Shown here piece after piece: positions 28,274 to 37,405 of a stretch of DNA of 64,000 nucleotides. Position 1 is the stretch's first letter. Every line of letters starts with the position of its first letter. The notes under the pieces were generated by a model that saw only the letters and a list, made by a program, of their open reading frames with translations, was not told where the DNA came from and did no database searches. Made by a program: the position numbers and the translations under genes. Source of the DNA: an uncultured Alphaproteobacteria bacterium (lineage in GTDB: Bacteria > Pseudomonadota > Alphaproteobacteria > RF32 > CAG-239); contig CALXTO010000002.1 of NCBI GenBank assembly GCA_944391425.1, positions 5,786-69,785 of the forward strand. The letters are read 5' to 3'.

Positions 28274-31200
28274 ATGGCGGATTGGAAACAGGAAAAACAA
28301 AATCGTATTTTTCTGGCCGGCCAGCAGCAACGTCGGGCGTCTGATCCCGAAAAATCGGTGTGGGTGGAAGCTTCCGCCGGAACCGGAAAAACCAAGGTGC
28401 TGTCGGACAGGGTTTTACGACAGTTGTTGTCCGGAGTGGCGCCGGGGCGCATTCTCTGCCTGACGTATACTAAGGCTGCGGCCGTGGAAATGAACAGCCG
28501 TATTGCCGACAGGTTGAGCCGCTGGGCCGTTATCGGAAATGACGAACTGGAAGCTGAATTGGAGCAGCTGTTAGGCAGTCTGCCGGAAAGCAGCCGGAAG
28601 AAAACGACAGCTCAGGCGCGCAAACTGTTTGCCGTTTTGCTGGATACGCCGGGCGGGATGAAAATCCAAACCATTCACAGTTTTTGCCAGGAAATTTTAA
28701 AGAGGTTTCCTTTGGAGGCTAAAGTTTCTCCTTATTTTGAAGTGATGGACGACCGGGCGGCTGCCGAAGCATTGGATAGCGTTAAAACCGCGCTGCTCAA
28801 CCAGATAGAACGCGATCCGGGCTGCCGGACAGCGGCGGCAATGGCATTTTTGACCGCAGAGATGAGTGAGTTTACCTTTCCAAAACTGATGAATTCTCTT
28901 ACGGAAAACCGCAATAAAATTTTGCGTATGCTGGAACAAAAAGGCGGTTTGGATAATCTGCTGGCGCAAACGGCAAAAAATTTGGGCGTTAACGAGGATG
29001 ATACGCCGCAAAAGCTGAAGGATGCTTTTTTTGAGAATGTGCCGGAAAAAGAGCTGAAGCTTTTGACCGACGCGATGGCTGGCGGAAGTGCAGCGGATGC
29101 CGGTAAGGCGGAAAGCCTGAAAGCAGCTTTGTCCGTTCGGGATTACGAAGCTTATCGCAAAATTTTTCTGACGGAGAAAAATGAAGTCCGCAAGAGTGTT
29201 GCGACACAGGGAGCATTAAAAAATTATCCCGACGGGCAGAGGCTTGCCGATGAAGAAGCCGGGAGAATCCTGTCGGCAGACAAAAAAATCGCCGCTGCGG
29301 GTTTGCTGGCGTCAACGCGGGCGGTTTTGTATCTGGCTGACGAATTGCTGCGCGGATACAGGGATTATAAAGAACTGCATGCCAAAATGGATTATGAAGA
29401 TTTGATTGTGCAAACGCGTAAATTATTGGAAAATCCGGGTGTGTCTGATTGGGTGTTGTTTAAACTGGACGGCGGCATAGACAATGTTTTGATTGATGAG
29501 GCGCAGGATACTTCTCCGGATCAGTGGGCAATCGTGCGCGCGATTACCGAGGAATTTTTCTACGGCGAGGGTGCTAAATCTTCTCAGAATACGGTGTTTG
29601 CCGTCGGCGACCGCAAACAGTCAATTTATTCGTTTCAGGGTGCTGATCCTCAGGAATTTGACCGGATGCGCCGTCATTTCGCGGCCAAGAAAACGGTTCA
29701 GCGGGATTTTGCCGAAGTTAATCTTGATGTATCTTTTCGCTCCACCGCTGCCATTTTGGATGTTGTTAACTGCATTTTTGCCGAAGGGCGACCGAAGCAG
29801 GGCGTTGTTTCCGAAGGGCAGAGTGTTGTGCATATTCCCTCACGAATCGGCGAAGGCGGACGGGTAGAGCTATGGCCATTGGTTGAAGCCGAAAAAGATG
29901 AAAATCCGGATATATGGCTGCCGCCGGTGGAAAGGGTGAACGCTGAGTCGACCAGTGCGCGGCTGGCGCGGCAGATTGCCGAATATATTCGGCAAAAAGT
30001 TGAAGGAGGCGAAATTCTGGCATCAAAAAACCGACCGCTGCATTACAGGGATTTTATGGTTTTAGTGCAGCGGCGCAACAGTTTTGTGGAAGAACTGGTA
30101 CGCGCCTGTAAAAATGCCGGAGTTAATGTTGCCGGCGTAGATAAAATACGCCTGTTGGAGCAGATTGCGGTCGAGGATCTGGTCTCGATCGGGAAATTTG
30201 TATTGTTGCCGGAAGATGATCTGACTTTGGCGGAGATTCTGAAATCGCCGCTATGGGGGCTGACCGATGATGATTTGTTTGAACTGTGCCGGGATCGGCA
30301 AGGCAAAACTTTGTGGTCGCGGCTGGGCGAAAATGCTAAATATGCCGGCGTTTATACCGAATTGCAAAGCCTTTTGAATATGGCAGATTATGCGCGGCCG
30401 TTTGAATTTTACAGCCATATACTCAATACGCTCAAGGGACGGCAGAAGTTTGTGGCGCGTATCGGTTACGAAGCGGAAGACGGTATTGACGAATTTGTAA
30501 ATTTGTGTCTGGATTTTGAGAAAGAGCATATTCCGTCAATGCAGCTATTTATGGCCTGGATTTCCAAAGATGAAGTGGAAATTAAGCGGGAACTGGAACA
30601 AAGCGAAGCTGATGCCGTGCGGATTATGACCGTGCATGGATCGAAAGGACTGCAGGCGCCGGTCGTTATTCTTCCCGATACGGTGCGGATTAAGGCGGTG
30701 CGCAATGAAGCCGGGTTGCTGTGTGATGAAAACTGTCTTTATTATCCTTTAAAGTCCGCCGATTATGAAGATTGCTGCAGAAAAATCAAAGAAACGGAAA
30801 AAGAACTGTCGCTGGAGGAATATCACCGCTTGCTGTATGTTGCGCTGACCCGGGCAGAAGAGCGGTTATGTATCTGCGGATACAAAATGAGTGCCGAACC
30901 CAGTCCTGAATGCTGGTATGAATTATGTCGCAAAGCTTTAAGCAGGATTGCCGAAGAAAAAGAAGACGGAACGCTGGTTTACGAAGTGGCGCAGGAAGCC
31001 GAGACCAAACCGCGGGAAGAAGAACAACGGCAAGTCGGTGAAAATCTGCAATTTCCGGAATGGATGAGAAGCAATGCCCCGGAAGAAGGGCCTTTGGCCA
31101 GACCGCTGACACCGTCAAAACTGGATGAGGCCGAAGACGATACGATGGCGTCGCCGTTGAAAGCCGCCGCGAAAGATTATTATCGCCGCGGCCGTCTGAT

Positions 31201-31642
31201 TCATAAGCTGCTGCAATTGCTGCCAGAAGTTTCTTCCGTTCGGAGACGACAGGCGACCGAAGAATTTTTGCGCCAAAACGGCGAAGGTTTTACTTCTTCG
31301 CAAAAGCAAAGAATGGTGCAGGAGGTTATGGATTTGGTAGAGAATCCGGAATTTGGGGTTTTATTTGGATCCAATTCGCGAGCAGAAGTTCCGCTGATGG
31401 GATTGTCGGACGGACGGATTATTTCCGGGCAGATAGACCGGTTGGTTGTTGAAGAAGACAGAGTACTGATTGTGGATTTTAAAACCAATCGTCCGGCGGC
31501 AACTTCCGCCGCAGATGTTCCTCCGGCATATCTTAAGCAGATGGAAGCTTATGAAGCGCTGATGCGGCAGATTTATCCCGGACGGAAAATCGAATTGTAT
31601 ATTTTGTGGACGGATACGGCGCGGATGATGAAGCTGAACTAA
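28274..31642 (+). CDS. addA: Double-strand break repair helicase/nuclease AddA
   Basis: VEASAGTGKTKVL, LIDEAQDTS, VGDRKQSIYSFQGAD, MTVHGSKGL, YVALTRA, GQIDRL..IVDFKT. Confidence 0.96.
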   Translation: MADWKQEKQNRIFLAGQQQRRASDPEKSVWVEASAGTGKTKVLSDRVLRQLLSGVAPGRILCLTYTKAAAVEMNSRIADRLSRWAVIGNDELEAELEQLLGSLPESSRKKTTAQARKLFAVLLDTPGGMKIQTIHSFCQEILKRFPLEAKVSPYFEVMDDRAAAEALDSVKTALLNQIERDPGCRTAAAMAFLTAEMSEFTFPKLMNSLTENRNKILRMLEQKGGLDNLLAQTAKNLGVNEDDTPQKLKDAFFENVPEKELKLLTDAMAGGSAADAGKAESLKAALSVRDYEAYRKIFLTEKNEVRKSVATQGALKNYPDGQRLADEEAGRILSADKKIAAAGLLASTRAVLYLADELLRGYRDYKELHAKMDYEDLIVQTRKLLENPGVSDWVLFKLDGGIDNVLIDEAQDTSPDQWAIVRAITEEFFYGEGAKSSQNTVFAVGDRKQSIYSFQGADPQEFDRMRRHFAAKKTVQRDFAEVNLDVSFRSTAAILDVVNCIFAEGRPKQGVVSEGQSVVHIPSRIGEGGRVELWPLVEAEKDENPDIWLPPVERVNAESTSARLARQIAEYIRQKVEGGEILASKNRPLHYRDFMVLVQRRNSFVEELVRACKNAGVNVAGVDKIRLLEQIAVEDLVSIGKFVLLPEDDLTLAEILKSPLWGLTDDDLFELCRDRQGKTLWSRLGENAKYAGVYTELQSLLNMADYARPFEFYSHILNTLKGRQKFVARIGYEAEDGIDEFVNLCLDFEKEHIPSMQLFMAWISKDEVEIKRELEQSEADAVRIMTVHGSKGLQAPVVILPDTVRIKAVRNEAGLLCDENCLYYPLKSADYEDCCRKIKETEKELSLEEYHRLLYVALTRAEERLCICGYKMSAEPSPECWYELCRKALSRIAEEKEDGTLVYEVAQEAETKPREEEQRQVGENLQFPEWMRSNAPEEGPLARPLTPSKLDEAEDDTMASPLKAAAKDYYRRGRLIHKLLQLLPEVSSVRRRQATEEFLRQNGEGFTSSQKQRMVQEVMDLVENPEFGVLFGSNSRAEVPLMGLSDGRIISGQIDRLVVEEDRVLIVDFKTNRPAATSAADVPPAYLKQMEAYEALMRQIYPGRKIELYILWTDTARMMKLN

Positions 31643-31734
31643 TTTTGAATATTTTTGAAAATTGCTCTTTATTTAAAAAAAATATCTACTATATTAGAAC
31701 TAAAGGTTACAAAGATTGATGAAAGGATAACGGT

Positions 31735-32049
31735 ATGAAAGCAATTACGGACAGCCAGTTTGAAAATGAAGTTTTGAAAGCAAAAGGTTTGGTTTTGGTT
31801 GATTTTTGGGCTGAATGGTGCGGTCCCTGCCGCCAGCTTATTCCGGTGTTGGAAGAAGTTTCCAAAGAAATGTCCGGCAAGGTTGAAATCTGCAAAATCA
31901 ATGTCGACGAATCTCCGAATACGGCGGCTCAGTATGGTATCCGCAGCATTCCGACCATGTTCCTGTTTAAGGATGGTAAGCAGATTGATACCAAAGTCGG
32001 GCTGAATTCCAAAGCAACTTTGGTTTCATGGATTGAAGCAAACGCTTAA
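31735..32049 (+). CDS. trxA: Thioredoxin
   Basis: VDFWAEWCGPC; follows addA as in alphaproteobacteria. Confidence 0.97.
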   Translation: MKAITDSQFENEVLKAKGLVLVDFWAEWCGPCRQLIPVLEEVSKEMSGKVEICKINVDESPNTAAQYGIRSIPTMFLFKDGKQIDTKVGLNSKATLVSWIEANA

Positions 32050-32065
32050 ACTGTGACAGAATACG

Positions 32066-32095
32066 AAAAAAGCGGCTTAACGAGCCGCTTTTTTT
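32066..32095. terminator. Bidirectional intrinsic terminator
   Basis: aaaaaagcggct-taacg-agccgcttttttt. Confidence 0.85.
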
Positions 32096-32119
32096 ATTTG
32101 GCAGATTTTCCGAAACCAG

Positions 32120-33481
32120 TTATGCATTTATCAGGCGCGAGGTTTTGGCGATGTCTGACGTTAGGCGTTTGACGTCATCTTGGCGTTGCATGTTTTCAAA
32201 AATATACAAGGCGTCATGATAGCAGTCCAACGCTTCTTCCAAGCTGTCGTTGTCACTGTTTTTTTGCCCCAAAAAGCCGTATATTCCGCCGATATTTTCC
32301 TGAATGGCCGCCCAGAGCAGCGGATCCCGGCGTTCGGTAATGATTTTTTGGCGATTTTTGTGAGCAGCCAGAGCAAGTTCAAAAATGGCATCATTTCCGG
32401 TAAGGCGGCCAAGAATGGTTAAAAGATGCCCGAGTTCGCCCTGTATATCAGCCCAGAATTCGGGAAACAACGCATAGGTAAAGATTTTTTCCGCCTCCCG
32501 CAGGTTAAATACGGCGTCGCGCAAAGCCTGCAGGTCTTCCTTTTGCTTCCAATAGTCGTAAAAAAGATGTGATAATTGGTAGGAAATCATGCCGTAATCA
32601 TAAGGGTAGCTGTATTTGCCGATGTATTTTTGCGCAAGCCGGTAGTTGCTGATGGCTCCCCGGCAATAGGCGGAATGGCGTTTAGCTTGGTGCAGCGAAG
32701 CTGTTCGGTAAAGCTGGCCCAGATGGTTGTAAATGCAACCGAGATGCAGCGGGTTTTTAATCAAATCCTGATGTTTGATGGCGTTTTCAAGCAGATTACG
32801 AACGATTTTGAAATCTTTGTCTTTATCTGATTCACTGCTGTAGCTCAGATAGATAAGTCCCAAGAAGTTCATGACGTAAGGCAGATAGTCTATTGACAGG
32901 GCTTTGGCGGAATTGTCCGAGGAAAGCCGGGCAATTATTTTTTTGAGCAGATATTTTTTTTGGATTTTTTTCTGACGGTTGGATGGAACAAGTGCGCTGA
33001 CAACCGCTCCATAGACCAGTACGCCCAGCGCCGGCGGAAAATTTTGCGGTGTTTCAAAAAATGAGGCGGGGAAATACAGGCTGTCCAGCGGTGAAACGAA
33101 ACTACCGCCATTTTTGCCGTATTGGGCTGAGGTTTGAAAGTTGAGCCGGATTTTGTCGTTTTCCCGGCAGCCCCAAACAAGGACATCTGCTCCAGTGCGG
33201 TCCAGAATAGATTGTCCTTTGTCTATCAAATCAAAAAAAGTGCGTCCGTCAAGGTTGAGAAAGCTTTTATTAAAAGGTTCGTTAAAATAAGAAACGGAGA
33301 GACCTTCACAACTTCCGAGGATTGCCGCAATGGTTTCACCGCCGTTACTTTCCACGTTATCGGCAAATTCGGCAACTATGATTTTGAAGTTTATCTGCAA
33401 CGCCTCTTCCGGCGAAAGATCTTCCGGCGAAGCGGGCCGCGGTTCCAGAAAAGTATGTTTTAAAAGTTCCAGAAAGTTCAT
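32120..33481 (-). CDS. TPR-repeat protein with an N-terminal alpha/beta domain
   Basis: Repeats 'WADIQGELG', 'WAAIQENIG', 'IYNHLGQLY'; N-terminal 'IIVAEF...GADVLVWG'. Confidence 0.7.
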   Translation of the reverse strand: MNFLELLKHTFLEPRPASPEDLSPEEALQINFKIIVAEFADNVESNGGETIAAILGSCEGLSVSYFNEPFNKSFLNLDGRTFFDLIDKGQSILDRTGADVLVWGCRENDKIRLNFQTSAQYGKNGGSFVSPLDSLYFPASFFETPQNFPPALGVLVYGAVVSALVPSNRQKKIQKKYLLKKIIARLSSDNSAKALSIDYLPYVMNFLGLIYLSYSSESDKDKDFKIVRNLLENAIKHQDLIKNPLHLGCIYNHLGQLYRTASLHQAKRHSAYCRGAISNYRLAQKYIGKYSYPYDYGMISYQLSHLFYDYWKQKEDLQALRDAVFNLREAEKIFTYALFPEFWADIQGELGHLLTILGRLTGNDAIFELALAAHKNRQKIITERRDPLLWAAIQENIGGIYGFLGQKNSDNDSLEEALDCYHDALYIFENMQRQDDVKRLTSDIAKTSRLINA

Positions 33482-34551
33482 TTTCGGTTGTCCGTTTTTT
33501 GGAAACTGTTTTTGAGGCTGTCGATGTTTTGTTTCAGTCCGCCGATAAATTCTTTGTTGGCCTGTTTAAGCGTATCGGGCGAAGCGTTCCAGTTAAGCAG
33601 GCGGTAAATCTGCCAGATTACGAGCAGCGTGCAGAAAAGCGGAACGGAGTAGCCGTTTGGCGCAAAGGCCTGAAAGCATCCAAACATGACTAGCAGAAAA
33701 TTAATACGGATAATCTGTCCGTTTATCAGAGCGGGGGACAGGCCGGAAAGCTCAGCCCGGTAGTAGGCCGGGTTGGTGCGGATATCCGAAAACGAAGGCA
33801 GAAAAGTAAATTTTTTGCCCAAAGCCCAGAAGATTTCAATCAGCAGATAAAGCATGAAAATGTAGAAGCAGGAAAAAGTGCCTTCCGCCGATGAAAAAAC
33901 GACAATCCAACCCAAAAGGAATCCAAGAACGTCAAGCGAGGCATCCGGGAGGCGCAGCTTTGAAGGGTACCAGCTCCAGGCAATGAGGGGAACGGCGGCA
34001 ACGGCCATGAAAAGCGCCATGGTGCCGACAGCTGCGGGGAGAACTGAAATTATCCAAAGTAAAAAGGCGCCAAAACAGACGGAAGCCAGTTCTATACCCG
34101 GCAGAGCCGAGTTACTGCCCAGCAGGCGCAGGGCGAAAGAAAGCACCGTCCACAGGGCGACGGTCAGCAGTGCGTTTACCCATGAGGGAGCTTGCGGCAA
34201 AAAAGTTATTGTTGCCGAGAAAAAGAAAACAATTACCGACGAAAGCGCCGCAATAAGCAGTAGCCGGAACCAGCCGGGAATGCGAAGAAAAGAACAGACC
34301 AACAAAACAACCGTCGCGGTACCAGCAGCGGCAAAGGAGGCTGCAGACAGGTCCGAAACAAAATCATAGTCCTGCCATTCGTATAGAAAGGCGGCAGCAG
34401 AAGCAATTAAAACGACCACGCAAAAGATTATAACGGGAACGGGAGAAAATGTGTCCGGCGAAGCAATTCGTTTACCGTAAAGAGAAAGTCCGGCAAAACA
34501 GCCTAACAGGCAAAAAACGGTTCCGGCGAGTAAGATAGCAGTTTGAAACAT
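33478..34551 (-). CDS. Degenerate MraY/WecA-like polytopic membrane protein
   Basis: About 10 TM segments; 'WSWYPSKLRLPDASLDVLGFLLG' matches the wNwpPAkiFmGD.GS..LG motif position; catalytic motifs eroded. Confidence 0.55.
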   Translation of the reverse strand: MFQTAILLAGTVFCLLGCFAGLSLYGKRIASPDTFSPVPVIIFCVVVLIASAAAFLYEWQDYDFVSDLSAASFAAAGTATVVLLVCSFLRIPGWFRLLLIAALSSVIVFFFSATITFLPQAPSWVNALLTVALWTVLSFALRLLGSNSALPGIELASVCFGAFLLWIISVLPAAVGTMALFMAVAAVPLIAWSWYPSKLRLPDASLDVLGFLLGWIVVFSSAEGTFSCFYIFMLYLLIEIFWALGKKFTFLPSFSDIRTNPAYYRAELSGLSPALINGQIIRINFLLVMFGCFQAFAPNGYSVPLFCTLLVIWQIYRLLNWNASPDTLKQANKEFIGGLKQNIDSLKNSFQKTDNRK

Positions 34552-34632
34552 ATTCGGCCTTTCTGTTTAATCCGTACAGGTTATGTTATAATCTTTTTCC
34601 TCTTTTTCTTCAAGCGGGATTACAAGGTTATG

Positions 34633-35544
34633 CTAGTATTTATTGTATATTTCCCGGAGCAGGGCGTAGAGGGTCGGCGCCTGAGCGCGCCGGTTCTTTC
34701 CGGGGCTGCCGAGAAGCGATGACAAAATGTCCGCCGTTTTGGGCGAGGACGCATTTTGGAGCGGAGAAACATAACCTGAAGGAATGTTGTACAGGCTGAC
34801 GAGGATTTCGGCATGTTCGAGACGGACATTTTCTTCAGCCGCCAGGGCAACGGTTTCTTCCGCACACAGATCGATTATCTTGCGTTCTTCGTCATTTTTA
34901 TAAAGTGCATAAAAGTTTTTGCCGCGGGCGGCAGAAAGCAGGTTGGAAATGATAAACGGCGCGAAAAATCTCCAAAAATTAAGCCGCTGGTTTTCGGAAA
35001 CGGAAACTTTTATCTTTGTGTCTTCAAACAGGGATTTTATTTTGAAAGCCCGTCCATCGGTTTCGTCAACACCGGCATAAAGCAAGCTGTCTGCTCCCAA
35101 AACCGAAAGGTGGTTTTTGTCGCGATGCAGATATGCGGTGAAACAAGCATCGATGACCGGTGTTTTGAGGATATCTTTAAGGTTTTGCGAATCGATATCC
35201 AGAGAAAAATTCAAAACGAGGGTATTTTTGAGCTTTGAGGGCGTCAACAGCGGAACGGCCGTATTTCGCAGCAAAGATGCGATGATCAGGATATCCGGCT
35301 CCCTTTCCATTTCAAAGGCATATTTAAAACTGCAGCGTTGGTTTTGAAGCAGACGCGGTTCTTTGACGATAATGTCGGCGTTTTCAAATTCGCTCAAGCG
35401 GGACGGCGAATCCAAAATAGTGACGTCACAGCCTTTTTTTTGAAGAGTATAAGCCAGAAAGAGGCCCAAATCCGAAAGTCCGGCAATACATACGGAAGGG
35501 GAAAGCGAAGAGGTTTGAGAAGGGGTATCTTTGGCAAAAAACAT
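34633..35544 (-). CDS. Degenerate ketopantoate reductase (PanE/ApbA)-like protein
   Basis: Rossmann-like start VCIAGLSDLG..LAYTLQ.KG.DVT; C-terminal 'E..ALA..E', 'QAPTL..L' pattern; catalytic Lys/Glu not seen. Confidence 0.55.
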   Translation of the reverse strand: MFFAKDTPSQTSSLSPSVCIAGLSDLGLFLAYTLQKKGCDVTILDSPSRLSEFENADIIVKEPRLLQNQRCSFKYAFEMEREPDILIIASLLRNTAVPLLTPSKLKNTLVLNFSLDIDSQNLKDILKTPVIDACFTAYLHRDKNHLSVLGADSLLYAGVDETDGRAFKIKSLFEDTKIKVSVSENQRLNFWRFFAPFIISNLLSAARGKNFYALYKNDEERKIIDLCAEETVALAAEENVRLEHAEILVSLYNIPSGYVSPLQNASSPKTADILSSLLGSPGKNRRAQAPTLYALLREIYNKY

Positions 35545-35547
35545 TGT

Positions 35548-36816
35548 TTAATCCTTTTGTAGTAATGCCGCGAAAAAACCGTCGGCACCGCCGTAGGTTT
35601 GCAGGTGGTAGGGCAGAACACGCACGCAGCCTTCCGGTGTAATCAGTTCCGAAAGTTCAGCCGGGAGGGCAGGTCTGATGATATGAAAGCCGGAATGTTT
35701 TTCCAAAAAAGCGGATATTTGCTTTTCGCCCTCGAGGCAGGACAAAGAACAGGTGCAATAAAGGAGAAAGCCGCCGGAGATCACGGCCGGAGCAGCCTGT
35801 TCCAAAAGTTTGGCCTGAACGGGGACAAGGCGTTCTGTATCGCCGAGGTTTTTGATGTGGACAAGTTCGGGATGTCGGCGTAAAGTTCCGGTTGCAGAAC
35901 ATGGTGCATCAAGGACGACAATATCGTATGATTCCGGGCAAATGCCGGACAGGAACGCAAAAGCGTCGGCGCAGATAACTTCTCGGGGCGAAAGTTTAAG
36001 CCGCCGCAGGTTTTCCCGCAGGCGTTCGAGCCGGACGGCAGAAATGTCAACAGCCGTCACTTCTCCGCCGAGACTGAGTAACTGGGCGGTTTTACCACCC
36101 GGAGCGGCGCATAAGTCCAAAATGCGTTTTCCTTTGACCTCAGGGAGGAGTTTGACCGGCAGGGCGGAAGAAAAATCCTGTACCCACCATTTCCCTTCGC
36201 TGTAGCCCGGCAGAGCGGACACGGCGCCGTTGTTTTTTAAGCGCAGGGTTCCGCCCGGCAGCAGGCGCGCATTCAGTTCAGCCGCAATGCGTTCGGGGTT
36301 TTCTTTGGCGGAAAGGTCCAACAGAGGTTCTTCAAGAGCGGCTTTTTCAATACGCGAAGTTATTTTTGGGCTGTAGCTGAGATTGAGTAGCCTGCGGAAT
36401 TCCGACGGAAAAAACTGTCCGTTATCTTCGGTGGCAAGCTGTTGTCTGGCTGCGCAAATTCGGCGCAAAACGGCATTTACGAATCCGGCCACGTATTTGT
36501 CGAGCGAAGTTTTGACGATTTCGACATAGCTGTTGATGACGGCATAATCCGGTGTTTTTAGATACAAAATTTCGGAAGTGCCGAGAATCAGCATGTATTG
36601 TGCCAGTGTTGCCCGCGGCGGGAGCTTTTTTTGGACAAAGCGTTTGAGAATTTTTTTTATGAAAACCAGGCGTCGCAGTGATGTCAAAACCAGCATGTTG
36701 ACAAAAGCATTGTCTTGTTCCGACGGCTCAAAGCAGGCTTTGGCCTCGGAGGCAAAGACCTTTTTTTCCAGAATTTGCTGCAGAATCAGAGCTGCGGTAA
36801 GGCGGGGATCAGACAT
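35548..36816 (-). CDS. rsmB: RsmB/NOP (Sun) RNA m5C methyltransferase with NusB-like N-terminus
   Basis: FVNAVLR, WWVQD, LDLCAAPGGKT, LDAPCSATGT.RRHP, YCTCSL, DGFFAA. Confidence 0.88.
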   Translation of the reverse strand: MSDPRLTAALILQQILEKKVFASEAKACFEPSEQDNAFVNMLVLTSLRRLVFIKKILKRFVQKKLPPRATLAQYMLILGTSEILYLKTPDYAVINSYVEIVKTSLDKYVAGFVNAVLRRICAARQQLATEDNGQFFPSEFRRLLNLSYSPKITSRIEKAALEEPLLDLSAKENPERIAAELNARLLPGGTLRLKNNGAVSALPGYSEGKWWVQDFSSALPVKLLPEVKGKRILDLCAAPGGKTAQLLSLGGEVTAVDISAVRLERLRENLRRLKLSPREVICADAFAFLSGICPESYDIVVLDAPCSATGTLRRHPELVHIKNLGDTERLVPVQAKLLEQAAPAVISGGFLLYCTCSLSCLEGEKQISAFLEKHSGFHIIRPALPAELSELITPEGCVRVLPYHLQTYGGADGFFAALLQKD

Positions 36817-36956
36817 TTTGTTTCTTTTGCGTTGTTGTTTTGATGGTATTGTATTTAATCGGATTAATAAATACAAGAAGGAAAATTGACTCTTGTCAAA
36901 TATGTTAAATTAAGATAATTTTCTAAGAAGTGTCAGATTTTAAGGGAAATCAGAAA

Positions 36957-37388
36957 ATGAAAAAACTTTTGCCGGTGCTTTTGGCCGCAGCTTTTTTGAA
37001 TGGGGGATGCGCATGGTTGAACCCTTTTTCCGCCAGTGACGACAGCAAGGAAACCGTATCTTTTGTACCAAACAAATTTTTGTGGGAAGCGGCCCGGAAC
37101 AAACTGGAATTTATGAAAATCGAAAAAGAGAACAAAGAAGCCGGAACAATTGTCAGCGACTGGCAGGCTGTTGGAGACATCCGGAATGAAGAGTTTAAAA
37201 TTGAAGTTAAGGTTTTGTCTTCAGAATTGCGTTCGGACTGTCTGAAAGTTGTCGTCTACAAACGACTGTGGAACGGTTCGGCCTGGGTTGAACAACCGGA
37301 AAATATCCGGCTTAACCAGAAAATCGAAGAAAGCATTTTGGAAAAGGCCCGTGTTTTATACAGGGAAGCTTTGGCAATCAATAATTAA
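36957..37388 (+). CDS. DUF3576-like lipoprotein
   Basis: Lipobox-like LNGGC; 'N.FLWEAA...L.FM....GTIVSDW', 'ELRSD', 'IE.SIL.KAR'; upstream of leuS. Confidence 0.75.
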   Translation: MKKLLPVLLAAAFLNGGCAWLNPFSASDDSKETVSFVPNKFLWEAARNKLEFMKIEKENKEAGTIVSDWQAVGDIRNEEFKIEVKVLSSELRSDCLKVVVYKRLWNGSAWVEQPENIRLNQKIEESILEKARVLYREALAINN

Positions 37389-37405
37389 AAATCAGGATAT
37401 AAAAA

